Below the pieces are notes generated by a model. It worked only from the letters and a program-made list of their open reading frames with translations, was not told where the DNA came from and made no database searches. Positions 19,608 to 30,314 of a stretch of 64,000 nt of DNA are shown piece after piece. This stretch comes from an uncultured bacterium (GTDB lineage Bacteria; Krumholzibacteriota; Krumholzibacteriia; LZORAL124-64-63). The stretch is taken from NCBI GenBank assembly GCA_963727525.1, contig CAVSGO010000007.1, positions 1,216,001 to 1,280,000 on the forward strand, written 5' to 3'. Numbering within the stretch: the first letter of the stretch is position 1; each line of letters opens with the position of its first letter. Position numbers and translations under genes: made by a program.

Positions 19608-22035
19608 GTCGCCTCCACCCCACCACCAGCAGTACGACGATGCCTAAAAGTCCGATCAGGCTGGCGACGAATCCCGCGCGCAGACCAGGCGTGTGGTAGG
19701 CGAACCGCACCTCGTGTTTTCCCGCCGGCAACGCCACGGCCCGCAACGCGTGGTCGGCCGTCAGCAACGGCTGTGCCGCGCCGTCCACGTGGACGATCCA
19801 GCCCGGAGCGGCGAGGTCGGCAAGCACGAGCACCGCGGGCGACGGCGCCTCGGTCGCCAGCACGATCTCGTCGGGACCGTCCTTCACGAACGTCGGGCGC
19901 GGCAGTGGTGCCTCGGCGGGCACGGGCGGCGGTTCCGGGACCTGGTCGAGCACGACGGCCGCGCTCGCGTCGTGACGACCGGCGACGATCGCATCGAGGA
20001 ATGGACCGAGCGAATCGTTCGCCGCGATTGTGAAGCGGTCGACCAGCCGGGCCCGCGGCAAGGCGGCGCGATTGTGGTAGAGCCACATGTTCCCGACAGT
20101 CTGCGGCGTGGGTTCGAGGTCGAGCCCGACCTGGCGCAGCACGTCGAACGCCTCGGCCGGCAGCGCGCGCGCGAAGGTGACCGTCGTCGCTCCGAGCCAG
20201 TTCGCGAGGTGGCCGCTGGGCATCTGCCCGAAGAGCCGCTGGCGCAGTTCCTCGGCCACCGCCGGCTTGGCCGGGTAGTAGCCGCCGAGCGACCGCACAC
20301 CCACGGTCATGTAGGCATTGCTCTGGCTGTCGCGCGCCAGCGGGTACACGCGCTCGTGCCCCACCCCGGCCTGAAGCGCGGCGGCCAGAGCCGGATCGAC
20401 GAGCGGGGCGCGCTGGCGACGATAGGGATGCTCGAGCCGGGCGGCGGCCAGGAGGCGCCCGCGTCCCTGCGAGTCGGCCACGACCTGCTGCAGGGCTGTC
20501 TGCGGTGCCGTCACCAGCCTCGCCACGGAACCCAGGTCCACGCACAGGAGCAGCGCGAGCACCCACACCAGCGCCCGCGCCCGGAAGACCGCGTGCCGCG
20601 TGGCCAGGAAGATCGCCCCGGCGGCCGCGAGCAGCACCAGGCCGTCGCGCACGAGGAAACTCTTCTGGAGAGCCCAGGCGCCGTCGAGCAGCACGTCGAC
20701 CGCCTGCTTGCCCGTGCCCGCGGCGACGTCCCGCAGATGGCTGCGGAACGCGCCGGCCGTGGCGCCGGACGCGCCGGCGACGAGCGTGAGCGCGCCGAGC
20801 GCCGCGAGCACGATGAGCACGATGCGCCGTTGCCGGTCACGTCCGGGGGCATCCTCGGCCAGCGCCGCCGCCCCCTGGCCCGCCAGGACCGCTGCCACGA
20901 AGGCCAGTAGCACCAGGATCATCGAGGGCACGCGGAACTTGTCGAAATACGGCAGTGCGGCATACATCGCCTGGTACAGGCCCGGACTGCGGCCTCCCAG
21001 GGCTACCAGCAGCGCCAGCACACCGGCGACCGCGCAGCAGAGCACCAGGCTGCGCCGCCGCGTCCACCAGGCCGCGCCGGCCAGCACCAGCCATAGCCAG
21101 CCGAGGTAATTGGGATAGTCGGTGAAGGGCATCGGTCCCATGTACGTGGCCTTGCCGAAGCCCATGGCGCCGGGCTGCACCAGCGTCGGGATCTCCTGCG
21201 GTCCGAGGCTCCAGGCCGTGGCGTAGTCGAAGCCCACACCGCCTCCCGCTCCGCTCCCGCCGCGGGTCGAGATGGCCGCGTAGTCGTGCACCGGAAGCAG
21301 CATCACGGCGCCCACCAGGAACGCGAGCGCCAGGGCAACGGCCACCAGTCCGGCGCGCCGCAACCGCGCGCCGATCGGCACGACGTCACCCAGGGGCCAG
21401 GCGACGTGCCACACGACGATGAATCCGAGCAGCAGAAGCGTGTAGTACGTGATCTGCACGTGCCCGCGCAGGAATTGCAGTCCGAGCAGCAATGCCAGCC
21501 AGCCCACAGAACGCAGGCGCCCGCGCGTGAGCACGTCGAAGGTCAACCCCACCAGCCAGGGCAGGTACATCGCCGCGCCCAGCTTGCTGCCGTGTCCGTA
21601 CACGCTCCACGCCACGATGCGCGCGAACATGAGCCAGCCCACGGCGCCCACGACCCGCGCCGCCAGCGGCAGGCGCCAGCGGCCCAGCAGCCACACCATG
21701 CCCAGACCGCCGAAGACGAGATGGGCAAGCAGCCACGTCAGCGGCGGGAAATGGAGCTGGCGCTGGAGGAACTCGAGGATCAGGCCCGGCGGATAGAGCC
21801 CTGGTGTGTAGGCTAGCGAACCGAAGGTGGGCATGCCGATGAAGATGAACGGAGTCCACTGGGGATAGCCGCCCGCCGCGTCGCCGGCCAGCCGGAACGC
21901 GTCGGAGCTCTCGGCGTCGGCGCTCTGGAACACGTGGCCGCGGAACATGGCCCCCGGATAGAGCCATGCCAGTATCAGGACCACGGCCAGGGCGGGCGCC
22001 CAGGCGCGCAGTCGGGACAGCGGCGGCATGGTCAC
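19600..22035 (-). CDS. YfhO-family multi-pass membrane protein (putative GT-C)
   Basis: PQWTPFIFIGMP, GHVQITYY, FDKFRVPS, PGWIVHVDG...LPAGKHEVRFAY and C-terminal TM. Confidence 0.78.
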   Translation of the reverse strand: MTMPPLSRLRAWAPALAVVLILAWLYPGAMFRGHVFQSADAESSDAFRLAGDAAGGYPQWTPFIFIGMPTFGSLAYTPGLYPPGLILEFLQRQLHFPPLTWLLAHLVFGGLGMVWLLGRWRLPLAARVVGAVGWLMFARIVAWSVYGHGSKLGAAMYLPWLVGLTFDVLTRGRLRSVGWLALLLGLQFLRGHVQITYYTLLLLGFIVVWHVAWPLGDVVPIGARLRRAGLVAVALALAFLVGAVMLLPVHDYAAISTRGGSGAGGGVGFDYATAWSLGPQEIPTLVQPGAMGFGKATYMGPMPFTDYPNYLGWLWLVLAGAAWWTRRRSLVLCCAVAGVLALLVALGGRSPGLYQAMYAALPYFDKFRVPSMILVLLAFVAAVLAGQGAAALAEDAPGRDRQRRIVLIVLAALGALTLVAGASGATAGAFRSHLRDVAAGTGKQAVDVLLDGAWALQKSFLVRDGLVLLAAAGAIFLATRHAVFRARALVWVLALLLCVDLGSVARLVTAPQTALQQVVADSQGRGRLLAAARLEHPYRRQRAPLVDPALAAALQAGVGHERVYPLARDSQSNAYMTVGVRSLGGYYPAKPAVAEELRQRLFGQMPSGHLANWLGATTVTFARALPAEAFDVLRQVGLDLEPTPQTVGNMWLYHNRAALPRARLVDRFTIAANDSLGPFLDAIVAGRHDASAAVVLDQVPEPPPVPAEAPLPRPTFVKDGPDEIVLATEAPSPAVLVLADLAAPGWIVHVDGAAQPLLTADHALRAVALPAGKHEVRFAYHTPGLRAGFVASLIGLLGIVVLLVVGWRRHE

Positions 22036-22053
22036 ACGGCCCTCCTTCGCGAT

Positions 22054-22983
22054 TCAGGTTAGCATTCCCGGCGCAGGATTGTCCACCGGCGCCGCCCGCA
22101 GCTCGTCGAGGGCACCTTGTACCAGGGCCAGGGCCGTCGCCCAGCGGCCGTGCCACAGATGCCACACGTAGTGGCCGCCGAAGTAGGCGAGCTGGCCCAG
22201 GGCGAGCGCGGGCCAGTCGCGGACCGGCCAGTGGCGGCGCAGCAGCTTGATGTGGCTGCGGCTGCGCAGGTACGCCTTCCGCGGACTGCCGACGCCGAGG
22301 CTGGCGCTCACACGGTGCAGGATGAGCGCGCGTGGCACGTGCAGGATCTCGCCGCCCCGCTCGCGCATGCGCAGGCTGTAGTCGGCATCCTCGCCGTAGA
22401 AGTAGAAATCGGTGTCGAGCAGACCGAGCCGCTGAAGGTTCTCACGCGCGAGCAGCAAGGCGCACCCCGTGCCGTAGTCGACGAAACGCTGCTCGAGGGA
22501 GAGCTTGCCGGTGAGCTTGCGGATCCCCTCGTGGCTCACCCAGCCGCTCCAGCGGCCCACACGCCCACCGTCGTACCAGGCGCGCGCGGGGTCGTCGAAG
22601 TAGCAGATGCGCGGCGTGGCCGCCCAGGCGCGCGGCTCGGCCGCGAGCGCGGTGGTGAGCCGTTCGAGGCTGCCCTGGGGCACGCTCGTGTCGTTGTTCA
22701 GCAGGAGCACCTGGTCCTGCGGCAGCCCTTCCTCGAGCAGGCGTTGCAGGGCGAGGTTGTTGCCCGCCGCCCACCGCAGGTTGCGGTCCGACTCGATGAT
22801 CTCGACCTCGGGATGGTGCTTGCGCACGAAGGCCAGCGAGCTGTCCGTGGACGCGTTGTCGACGAGAAGCACTCGCAGATCGGGATAGCCCGCGTCCCGG
22901 AGGGAGCGCAGGCAGTCCGGCAGGACCTCGCGGCCGTTCCAGTTCACCACCACGACCACCAGGCTCGGCAGGGTATCAGACAC
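22054..22983 (-). CDS. GT2 glycosyltransferase (rhamnosyltransferase-like)
   Basis: VVNWNG, VDNASTD, LLLNNDT, FYFYGEDADYSLR. Confidence 0.85.
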   Translation of the reverse strand: MSDTLPSLVVVVVNWNGREVLPDCLRSLRDAGYPDLRVLLVDNASTDSSLAFVRKHHPEVEIIESDRNLRWAAGNNLALQRLLEEGLPQDQVLLLNNDTSVPQGSLERLTTALAAEPRAWAATPRICYFDDPARAWYDGGRVGRWSGWVSHEGIRKLTGKLSLEQRFVDYGTGCALLLARENLQRLGLLDTDFYFYGEDADYSLRMRERGGEILHVPRALILHRVSASLGVGSPRKAYLRSRSHIKLLRRHWPVRDWPALALGQLAYFGGHYVWHLWHGRWATALALVQGALDELRAAPVDNPAPGMLT

Positions 22984-23899
22984 GATCGCGCACCCGGAAC
23001 GCCTCGGTCGGCCGGCGCTGGCTGACGATCAGTTCCGCGATCAGCCCCAGGCTGATGAACTGGATGGCCATGATGACGAGCACGAGTCCGAGCACCAGCA
23101 TCGGGCGCACGCGCAGCGCGTGTCCCACGAGCCAGGTGACGAGGAAGTACAGGCAGATCGCCAACCCCGCCGTCCCCGTGCCCACGCCGAGCCGGCCGAA
23201 GAAATGCAGCGGCGAGGTGCCGCGCGCGTGCAGGAACGACACGGTGAGCAGATCGAGGAAGCCGTGCAGAAAACGGTCGAGGCCATACTTGGTGACGCCG
23301 TACTTCCGCCGGTGGTGGCGCACCGGGATCTCCGTGACACGGAAGCCATCGAGATGCGCGAGCGCCGGCACGTAGCGGTGCATCTCGCCATAGAGCGGCA
23401 GCCGCTGGGTGACTTCGCGGCGGTACGCCTTGAGCCCGCAATTGAAGTCGTGCAGGGCGAGTCCGCACATCCGGCTCGTGGCCCAATTGTAAATCTTGGA
23501 GGTGTTGTTCTTGACCCACGTGTCCTTGCGATCCTGCTTCCAGCCCGAGACGAGGTCCCAGCCCTCGTCGAGGGTGGCGAGCAAGCGCGGGATCTCGACA
23601 GGATCGTCCTGCAGGTCGGCGTCCATGGTGACGACGATGCGCCCCTGCGCGGCAGCGAAACCCGCCGCTAGCGCCGCCGCCTTGCCATAGTTGCGCGCCA
23701 GGCGGATGCCGTGCACGTGGGAGTCGGCCGCAGCCTGGGCCTGGATCGCTTCCCAGGTGCTATCGCGCGAGCCGTCGTCAATGATCCACATCTCCCAGGC
23801 GAGGCCGGCGGCCGCCGCCACGTCGCGCACCTGCGCCACCAGTTCGGGGAGCGATTCGGCCTCGTTGAACGCGGGCACCACGATGGCGACATCAACCAC
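22976..23899 (-). CDS. GT2 with two C-terminal TM helices (ArnC/GtrB-like polyprenyl-P glycosyltransferase)
   Basis: PAFNEAE, DDGSRD, RNYGKAAAL, MDADLQDDP, HDFNCGLKAY, GEMHRY. Confidence 0.85.
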   Translation of the reverse strand: MVDVAIVVPAFNEAESLPELVAQVRDVAAAAGLAWEMWIIDDGSRDSTWEAIQAQAAADSHVHGIRLARNYGKAAALAAGFAAAQGRIVVTMDADLQDDPVEIPRLLATLDEGWDLVSGWKQDRKDTWVKNNTSKIYNWATSRMCGLALHDFNCGLKAYRREVTQRLPLYGEMHRYVPALAHLDGFRVTEIPVRHHRRKYGVTKYGLDRFLHGFLDLLTVSFLHARGTSPLHFFGRLGVGTGTAGLAICLYFLVTWLVGHALRVRPMLVLGLVLVIMAIQFISLGLIAELIVSQRRPTEAFRVRDRV

Positions 23900-24950
23900 C
23901 CTGACGCCTCCTGGCCACGGTCCACATGACCTCGCGTGCGATCCCCTCGGCGAACGGCACTTGCGGCGCGTATCCGATGAGCGCCTCGCCGTGCGAGCGG
24001 TCGGCGTAGGTGTGGCGGACGTCGCCCTTGGCCGTCTCGGTGTAGGCGATCTGCGCCTGGGTGTGCGGCGCGGTCTTGCGCAGAAGCGCCGCGATCAGCT
24101 CGAGCGCGTCGGCCAGCACGATGCGTGAGCCGCCGCCCACGTTGAACACCGGCCCGCCCGCCGGCGCCGCCACGCTCAGCAGATTGGCGCGCACGGCGTC
24201 GGTGACGTAGGTGAAATCGCGCGTCTGCCGGCCATCGCCATACACGCGGAAGGGCCGTCCGTCGAGCGCCGCCTCGCAGAACTTGCGGAAGGCCATGTCG
24301 GGCCGTTGCCGCGGGCCGTACACCGTGAAGTATCGCAGACTCGCCGTCGGAACCTGGAAACCCTCGGCGTACAGCACGCAGAGATGCTCGGCCGCCAGCT
24401 TGCTCACGCCGTAAGGGGAGCGCGGCATGGGCAGCATGTCCTCCGTCACAGGATACTGCGGCTGGTCGCCGTACACGGAACTGGAGCTTGAGTAGACGAG
24501 GCGCGCGAGGTCGCCGCCCACACGCGGATCGCGGCAAGCTTCGAGTAGCCGCTGGGTCGCCAGCACGTTCCAGTCGAGGTAGTGAGTGAACTCGCGTCCC
24601 CAGCTCGCCCTCACGCCCGCCTGCGCGGCCAGATGGAAACAGGCGCGAGCGCCGGCCAGGAGGTCGACCGCATCGAGGTCGTTCAGATCGCGTTCCAGGA
24701 ACGTGAACCGCGGATGGGCCTGGGCCGTGCCCAGGTTCTCGCGCTTGAGGGCCGGATCGTAGTAGTCGGTAAGCCGGTCGACGCCCACCACGTCGCATTC
24801 CAGCGCGAGGAGGGCCTCCGTGAGGTGGCTGCCGATGAAGCCCGCGCACCCCGTGACGACCACGCGGGCGCCCGGCGCAAGGATATCGCGCACGGCCGCG
24901 GGCAAGTCGGCCGTGAGGGCTGACCAGTCATGCTCCCAGGCCGCGCTCAC
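23892..24950 (-). CDS. NAD-dependent nucleotide-sugar epimerase/dehydratase
   Basis: TGCAGFIGSH, HLAAQAGVR, SSSSVYG, YGVSK, YGPRQRPDMAF. Confidence 0.9.
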   Translation of the reverse strand: MSAAWEHDWSALTADLPAAVRDILAPGARVVVTGCAGFIGSHLTEALLALECDVVGVDRLTDYYDPALKRENLGTAQAHPRFTFLERDLNDLDAVDLLAGARACFHLAAQAGVRASWGREFTHYLDWNVLATQRLLEACRDPRVGGDLARLVYSSSSSVYGDQPQYPVTEDMLPMPRSPYGVSKLAAEHLCVLYAEGFQVPTASLRYFTVYGPRQRPDMAFRKFCEAALDGRPFRVYGDGRQTRDFTYVTDAVRANLLSVAAPAGGPVFNVGGGSRIVLADALELIAALLRKTAPHTQAQIAYTETAKGDVRHTYADRSHGEALIGYAPQVPFAEGIAREVMWTVARRRQGG

Positions 24951-27900
24951 TGACCGCCTCCCTGGATGGTCTCCTTCATGCGGCTGTTCTCCTGATCGCG
25001 CGCCTTCGCGTCGAGCTTCTGCATGCGGTCGCGCAGCGTGGGATCGGGCTTGCCGGTCGCCGTCTCGTACCGCGTCACGAGGTCGCGGCATTTGCCGACC
25101 TCGCCTGCCGACTCGTACACGCGAAAGAGCAGATCATAGGCGAACGTCCACTGCGGTGCACGGTCGATCTGCTGTTCGAGCCAGGCGGCTGCCTGGTCGG
25201 CGCGGTCAAGGCCGAGCAGACCGCGCACGCCCGCCAGGATGGCCTGCTCCTCGATGGCCGGATCGATGCGGCCGTGCAGCGACTCGAGGAACGCGAGCGC
25301 CTTGGCGATCTGGCCATGTTCCATCAGCAACGCCGGGTAATAGCCGGTGGCGACGAGCGCGTTGGTCGGATCGAAGCGTAACGCCAGTTCGTAGCAGGTC
25401 AGGGCGCGGTCCGTGAGGTGGTCGTACGCCGTGGTATCGGCCGCGGCGAGATCGCCGTTGCTGGTACGCAGCTCCTCTGAATCCCGCAGGTAATCGAAGC
25501 CGGCGCGTGCGATCGAGACCGGGTAGTTGCCCAGGAGGTTCAACGTATTGGCGTCGCGATAGACGTCGGTGCGGTCGTGACCGACCAGCTCCAGGACCGG
25601 CGCGAGGTCGAGCCGCGTCGGCAGGCCGTACTTCTCCAGGTTCAGCGCCGGCGGCGTATCGCTCTGCCAGCCGACAGCCTCGGCGAAGCGCTGGTGCCGG
25701 GGTGCGTCGTCACCCGTGAGCAGTGCGCTCAGCTCGTACGCGCCCAGGACGTTGGCGAGCAGGCGCTCGCCATCGGTGGTGGGCAGGTTGTCCGGCGACT
25801 TGGTCTCGAGGAGCCGGTACGCCAGCCCTTCCATCTGCAGGAAGGGGAAGTAGGTGGCCATGTTCTCGCGCGGGATGGTCACGGCGAAGAACACGGGCCG
25901 TGGGTGCGCCGACCTGCGATTCGTGTCGACCACGTCCTGGACCACGTAGTCGCGCACGTAGACATAGGTGATGTTGCCGGTGTCCGCGTCGCGCAAGGCA
26001 CGTGGCCGCAGCGCCTCGACCTGCGCCTTGGTGAAGCTGAGCGGGATACCGGGATTCCTGCCGCGGAGCTGCTCCACGTACCACGGCAGGTTGACCAGCG
26101 AGAGGTTCACCACGGTCACGTCGCGCCGGAAGTGCTCCACCTCCTGCAGGTACCAGATCGGGAAGGTGTCGTTGTCGCCGTTGGTGAAGACGATCGCGTT
26201 CTCGTCGAGGCCGGCCAGGATGTTGTACGCGTACTGGTAGGGGATGCGGTTCTCGTGCCGGTCGTGCTCGAACCACTTCACATGGTGCGGCTGGATGAGC
26301 GGCAGCGCGGCAATGAGCACGAGCAAGGCGGCCGCCACCTTCGCCAGCACTCCAGTGGGCACGGCACGCACGGCCGCCACGGGCGCCAGGCGCCGCGGCA
26401 TGCCCCGTTGCTCGCCATAGGCGAGCAACGCGCCGCCGAGCACCGCCCCGTAGCACACCATGACGAAGAGCCGATCTTGCCCCGCGGCGAAGAGCGAGAG
26501 CATGAGCCCTCCGACCACCATCAACGCGATGAACATGAGTCCGAGTCCGAGCCGCGCGCCCCAGGAGCGCGCATTCCAGGCCGCCGGCGGCGGGGCGGCC
26601 GCGCGACCTCGCGCCGGTTCGCCAGGCCGGTCGATGAAGCGGCAGAGAAAAAGTCCCAGGAACGGGCCGCCGAAGAGGATGAATGGCAGCACGCCCGGAC
26701 GCGCGCCGGCGGGCGTGAAGACGAGCAGCACCATCGCCACGATGAACGCCGCACCCCAGCGCAACAGGAATCCCCGCGGCAGGAACGGACGCGCCGGCGG
26801 CGGCGGGTTGGCCTCGCGCTCGAGCTGGCCCAGGCTCGGTCCCTCGGGACCGGCGGTGAAACGCAGCAGGGCGGCCACCCCCAGTCCGATGAATACCGCG
26901 TAATACATGAAGGCCGCGAAGTAGAAATAGTCGCGTGCGCGGACCTCGTGGTCCGTGAAGTTGAGGTACAGCGTCAACAGATCGGCGTTCACGAGATACA
27001 GCGCCACCAGCATCCACAGCACGGGGCGCGCACGACGCACGCCGTTGACCAGCCCCAGGAGCCCCAGCGCGATGGGCCCGATGAGGGTGCCCAGGAACGC
27101 CGCCATCCCGTGCTTCTGCGACAGGAAGACGAACTGCTGCATGAGGAAGTCGTAGTAGTAGCGGAACTGGAAGCTCAGCGGCGCCTGGCGCTGGAGCGGA
27201 TTGAGCGCCGGGTACTGCTCGCGGCGCAGCACCGAGAGCAGGGTCTTGAAGTTGTCCGGCGTCGTCTGGTTGATCGCCGGCTCGGGATGCGCTCCGGCGC
27301 GGATGATCATCATCAGGTGCACCGACAGGCCCGCCACGAAGAGCAGCAGGGCGAGCAGCGCCAGCGGCCGCCGAGCCATGGCCCGCGCGACACACGCCAG
27401 CGTGTAGACGATGATCAGCGCCAGCAGGATGCCACCATTCGTGACGAAGGTGGTCGAGGCCAGGAACAGCGCCAGCCCCACCGACACGAGCATGAGGTCG
27501 AGGACCGGAAGCTGACGATCAGTGGTCATCCAGATCAGCAAGAAGATGCCCGGGTAGGCCAGCAACGACCCCAGGTGGAAACCGACGCCGAGGCCGAAGA
27601 GGTAGATGAGCAGCAGCAGCAGCCAGTTGCTACGCTCCTCCGTTCGGGTCTCGTACCAGCGCAGTCCGAGCCAGGTGAGCAGCGCCATCATGAAGCCGGC
27701 GAGACCATAGACCTCGGCCTCGATGGCATTGTTCCAGAACGTTTCCGAGAACGTCAGGAAGAGCGCCCCTACCACGCCGCCGGCGATGGCGATCCAGCCG
27801 CTGTCGGGATCGACCCGCCGCGCCAAGCGCACGATCACGAGGTAGCTCAGCATCACGGCGAGCGCGCTGAAGAACGCACTCATCCAGTTCACCGCGGCGG

Positions 27901-28147
27901 CGGTACGCGTGGACGCTGTCGTGGTGTCGGCTTGCCCCAGGACGCAATCAAATACGCGGCCCACAAGCACGTAGAGCGGCGTGCCCGGCTGGTGCGGGAT
28001 GCCGACGATATGGCTAGTCGTGATGTACTCGGCGCAATCCCAGAAGCTGATGGTCGGCGCCATGGTGGCGGTGTAGACACCCAGGGCAAGCAGGAAGACG
28101 CCGCCCGCCACGAGGTTCCCCGGGCGCAGGTACCACTTGCGGTCCAA
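24947..28147 (-). CDS. DUF2723/TMEM260-like GT-C membrane protein with C-terminal TPR-like region
   Basis: APTISFWDCAEY, HQPGTPLY, FWNNAIEAEVY, VRARDYFY, FTNGDNDTFPIWYLQEVE; TTG start. Confidence 0.82.
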   Translation of the reverse strand: MDRKWYLRPGNLVAGGVFLLALGVYTATMAPTISFWDCAEYITTSHIVGIPHQPGTPLYVLVGRVFDCVLGQADTTTASTRTAAAVNWMSAFFSALAVMLSYLVIVRLARRVDPDSGWIAIAGGVVGALFLTFSETFWNNAIEAEVYGLAGFMMALLTWLGLRWYETRTEERSNWLLLLLIYLFGLGVGFHLGSLLAYPGIFLLIWMTTDRQLPVLDLMLVSVGLALFLASTTFVTNGGILLALIIVYTLACVARAMARRPLALLALLLFVAGLSVHLMMIIRAGAHPEPAINQTTPDNFKTLLSVLRREQYPALNPLQRQAPLSFQFRYYYDFLMQQFVFLSQKHGMAAFLGTLIGPIALGLLGLVNGVRRARPVLWMLVALYLVNADLLTLYLNFTDHEVRARDYFYFAAFMYYAVFIGLGVAALLRFTAGPEGPSLGQLEREANPPPPARPFLPRGFLLRWGAAFIVAMVLLVFTPAGARPGVLPFILFGGPFLGLFLCRFIDRPGEPARGRAAAPPPAAWNARSWGARLGLGLMFIALMVVGGLMLSLFAAGQDRLFVMVCYGAVLGGALLAYGEQRGMPRRLAPVAAVRAVPTGVLAKVAAALLVLIAALPLIQPHHVKWFEHDRHENRIPYQYAYNILAGLDENAIVFTNGDNDTFPIWYLQEVEHFRRDVTVVNLSLVNLPWYVEQLRGRNPGIPLSFTKAQVEALRPRALRDADTGNITYVYVRDYVVQDVVDTNRRSAHPRPVFFAVTIPRENMATYFPFLQMEGLAYRLLETKSPDNLPTTDGERLLANVLGAYELSALLTGDDAPRHQRFAEAVGWQSDTPPALNLEKYGLPTRLDLAPVLELVGHDRTDVYRDANTLNLLGNYPVSIARAGFDYLRDSEELRTSNGDLAAADTTAYDHLTDRALTCYELALRFDPTNALVATGYYPALLMEHGQIAKALAFLESLHGRIDPAIEEQAILAGVRGLLGLDRADQAAAWLEQQIDRAPQWTFAYDLLFRVYESAGEVGKCRDLVTRYETATGKPDPTLRDRMQKLDAKARDQENSRMKETIQGGGQ

Positions 28148-28195
28148 ACTGTCCCCTTACGTAAGCGGAATGAATACGCGCACTTCAGGCCGCAG

Positions 28196-28224
28196 AAGGT
28201 AACACACGGTCAAATGGGCGACAA
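28196..28224 (-). promoter_or_regulatory. Putative internal promoter for DUF2723 onward
   Basis: TTGTCG-N17-TACCTT with extended -10 TG, in the only sizeable intergenic gap of the locus. Confidence 0.45.
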
Positions 28225-28227
28225 CCC

Positions 28228-29196
28228 TCAACCCCTGACGGTGGCGTCGGTTCCCGCCGGGCGGCGGCTCCAGAACACGACCCCTCCCACGAGGCTGAAC
28301 GCCACCATCACCAGGAAGGCCATCATCTCCATGGCCACCACGGCGCGCGGTTCGAGCCCCGACCAGGGCAACAGGTAGGCCGACACGGTCTCGCGCAGCC
28401 CGATACCATTGATCGTCACCGGCAGTGTGAGGCTGATGGCCAGCATCGGCACCAGAACGAAGAGCTGCAGCACCTGAGCGCCCGCGAGCGACAGATGGAG
28501 GCCCCAGGCCACGGCCAGGTGCGTGACGATGCGCAGGGCCTGCACGACCAGGCTGTAGGCAAAGAGCCGCGCGAGGAGGCGCGGGCGCCGGCGGAAGGCC
28601 TGGAAATCGGCCACCACCATCGCCAGTTGCTCGGCCAGCGTGGGCATCCGCAACCGCCGGAGCCAGCCGGGCAACCGCGTACCCAGACGCCGCGACAGCA
28701 GGGCGGCGACCGCGCCACCCAGGACCAGCAGCACCCCGCCGAGCAGCCACGTCACCGGCGGCAACGGGATCCCGGCCCCCACGGCGACCGCGACGGCGAC
28801 CACCGCCACCATCGTCAGGGCGCTCAGGCCGAGCAGCCGATCCAGGAGCGTGGCGGCGAAGACCTTCGCCGCATCCTGCTCCCGGCGACCGAGATCGACG
28901 ACCTTGTAGATGTCGCCGCCCACGTTGGCAGGCAGGAAGTTGTTGAAGAACAGCCCCACCAGGTACAGCCGCACACACACGCGCATGCGGGTGCCGAGGC
29001 CGGCGGCATGCAGCAACCAGCCCCATTGCAGCGCGCCCCCGATCGCGGAGAGCCCGTAGACCGCGAGAGCCACCGCCAGCCACCCCCACATCGGCTGGCG
29101 CAGCGCGGCCTGGATCTCGGCCAGCGGCTGGCGCGAGAGCAACCAGGCCAGCAGGGCGAGACTGACGACGATCTTCGCCAGCTGCTTCGCGGTCAC
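28228..29196 (-). CDS. Lysylphosphatidylglycerol synthase TM-domain (UPF0104) flippase-like protein
   Basis: GLFFNNFLPANVGGD, DRLLGL, LPVTINGIGLRE. Confidence 0.85.
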   Translation of the reverse strand: MTAKQLAKIVVSLALLAWLLSRQPLAEIQAALRQPMWGWLAVALAVYGLSAIGGALQWGWLLHAAGLGTRMRVCVRLYLVGLFFNNFLPANVGGDIYKVVDLGRREQDAAKVFAATLLDRLLGLSALTMVAVVAVAVAVGAGIPLPPVTWLLGGVLLVLGGAVAALLSRRLGTRLPGWLRRLRMPTLAEQLAMVVADFQAFRRRPRLLARLFAYSLVVQALRIVTHLAVAWGLHLSLAGAQVLQLFVLVPMLAISLTLPVTINGIGLRETVSAYLLPWSGLEPRAVVAMEMMAFLVMVAFSLVGGVVFWSRRPAGTDATVRG

Positions 29197-30314
29197 CGTT
29201 GCGCTCCGATCGCCACCCGCGCGAAGAGGTCGAGCGATTCACGCACGCACGTCGGCCACGCGAAGCTCGCAGCCCATACCCGCGCGGCGTCGCTGTAGCA
29301 GGCCCAGAGGTCGCGATCGTGCAGCAGGCTCAGCGCAGCGTGAGCCATGGCCTCGGCATCGCCGTAGGGCACGAGGATCCCGGTCTGCCCGTCGCGCACG
29401 GAGTCGCGCAGGCCGGGCCGGTCGCTCGCCACCACGGGCAAGCCGCACTGGTTGGCCTCCACCACCGTCAATCCCCACCCCTCCTTGGGGCTGGGGTTCA
29501 GGCACACGTGAGCCCGGTGCAGGGTGCGCACCAGCTCGTCCCAGGGCAGGTGGCCGGTGAAGGTGACGGCATCGGTCAGGCCGACCCGCGCCACGAGCCG
29601 GCGCAGCCGCGGCTCGTCCGGTCCGCGCCCCATGACGATCAGGTTCGCTTCCGGCAGCTCTTCTCGGATGTGCGCGAAGGCACGGATCGCCACGTCGTTG
29701 CTCTTGTAGCGTCGCAGCCGCGACCAGCACACCACCAGCGGCGTCTCGGTGCGCGGCGGCGGGTCGTCGAGGGCAAAGCGCTCGTGCGCGAGACCGCAGT
29801 GGATCACGGCGATGCGCTCGCGCGCGACGCCGCGCCGCGCGAGATCGTCGGCAGTGGACTGACTGATGACCTCGAATGTCGCGTGCCGGTAGACCAGCGG
29901 AATCGGCCACTCGCCGGCCCACACGTAGGTGGCAACCAGGGGGTTGGTCTCGCGGTACACCGTCCGCCCGAAGAGGTGCGGCACGATGACCAGCACCGGT
30001 ACCTTGCCCGCATAGAGCGGCGTGTAGAACGGGATCTTGTTGATGTCCTCGACGACGAGATCCCAGCTCTCCTCGCGCAGGCGCCGACGCACTACGGCCG
30101 GCAGCAGGATATTCGCGAAGCGCCAGTCGCCGTGGCGCCGCACCCGGACGCCGTCGAGCATATCGGTGGCCGGCGCGCCGGCATAGGCCGCGCAAATAAG
30201 TTCCACCTCGTGACCGTGGGCTGCCGCACCGCTGAGCAGGTGGTGCAGATGCTGCTCCGCGCCACCGCCGAGAGGGTCGCCGATGTCGCGCCAGTTCACC
30301 GCGAGGATCCTCAC
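29193..30314 (-). CDS. GT4 glycosyltransferase
   Basis: RILAVNWRD, GGAE, SRLRRYK, PSPKEGWGLTVVEA, DGQTGILV. Confidence 0.88.
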   Translation of the reverse strand: MRILAVNWRDIGDPLGGGAEQHLHHLLSGAAAHGHEVELICAAYAGAPATDMLDGVRVRRHGDWRFANILLPAVVRRRLREESWDLVVEDINKIPFYTPLYAGKVPVLVIVPHLFGRTVYRETNPLVATYVWAGEWPIPLVYRHATFEVISQSTADDLARRGVARERIAVIHCGLAHERFALDDPPPRTETPLVVCWSRLRRYKSNDVAIRAFAHIREELPEANLIVMGRGPDEPRLRRLVARVGLTDAVTFTGHLPWDELVRTLHRAHVCLNPSPKEGWGLTVVEANQCGLPVVASDRPGLRDSVRDGQTGILVPYGDAEAMAHAALSLLHDRDLWACYSDAARVWAASFAWPTCVRESLDLFARVAIGAQR

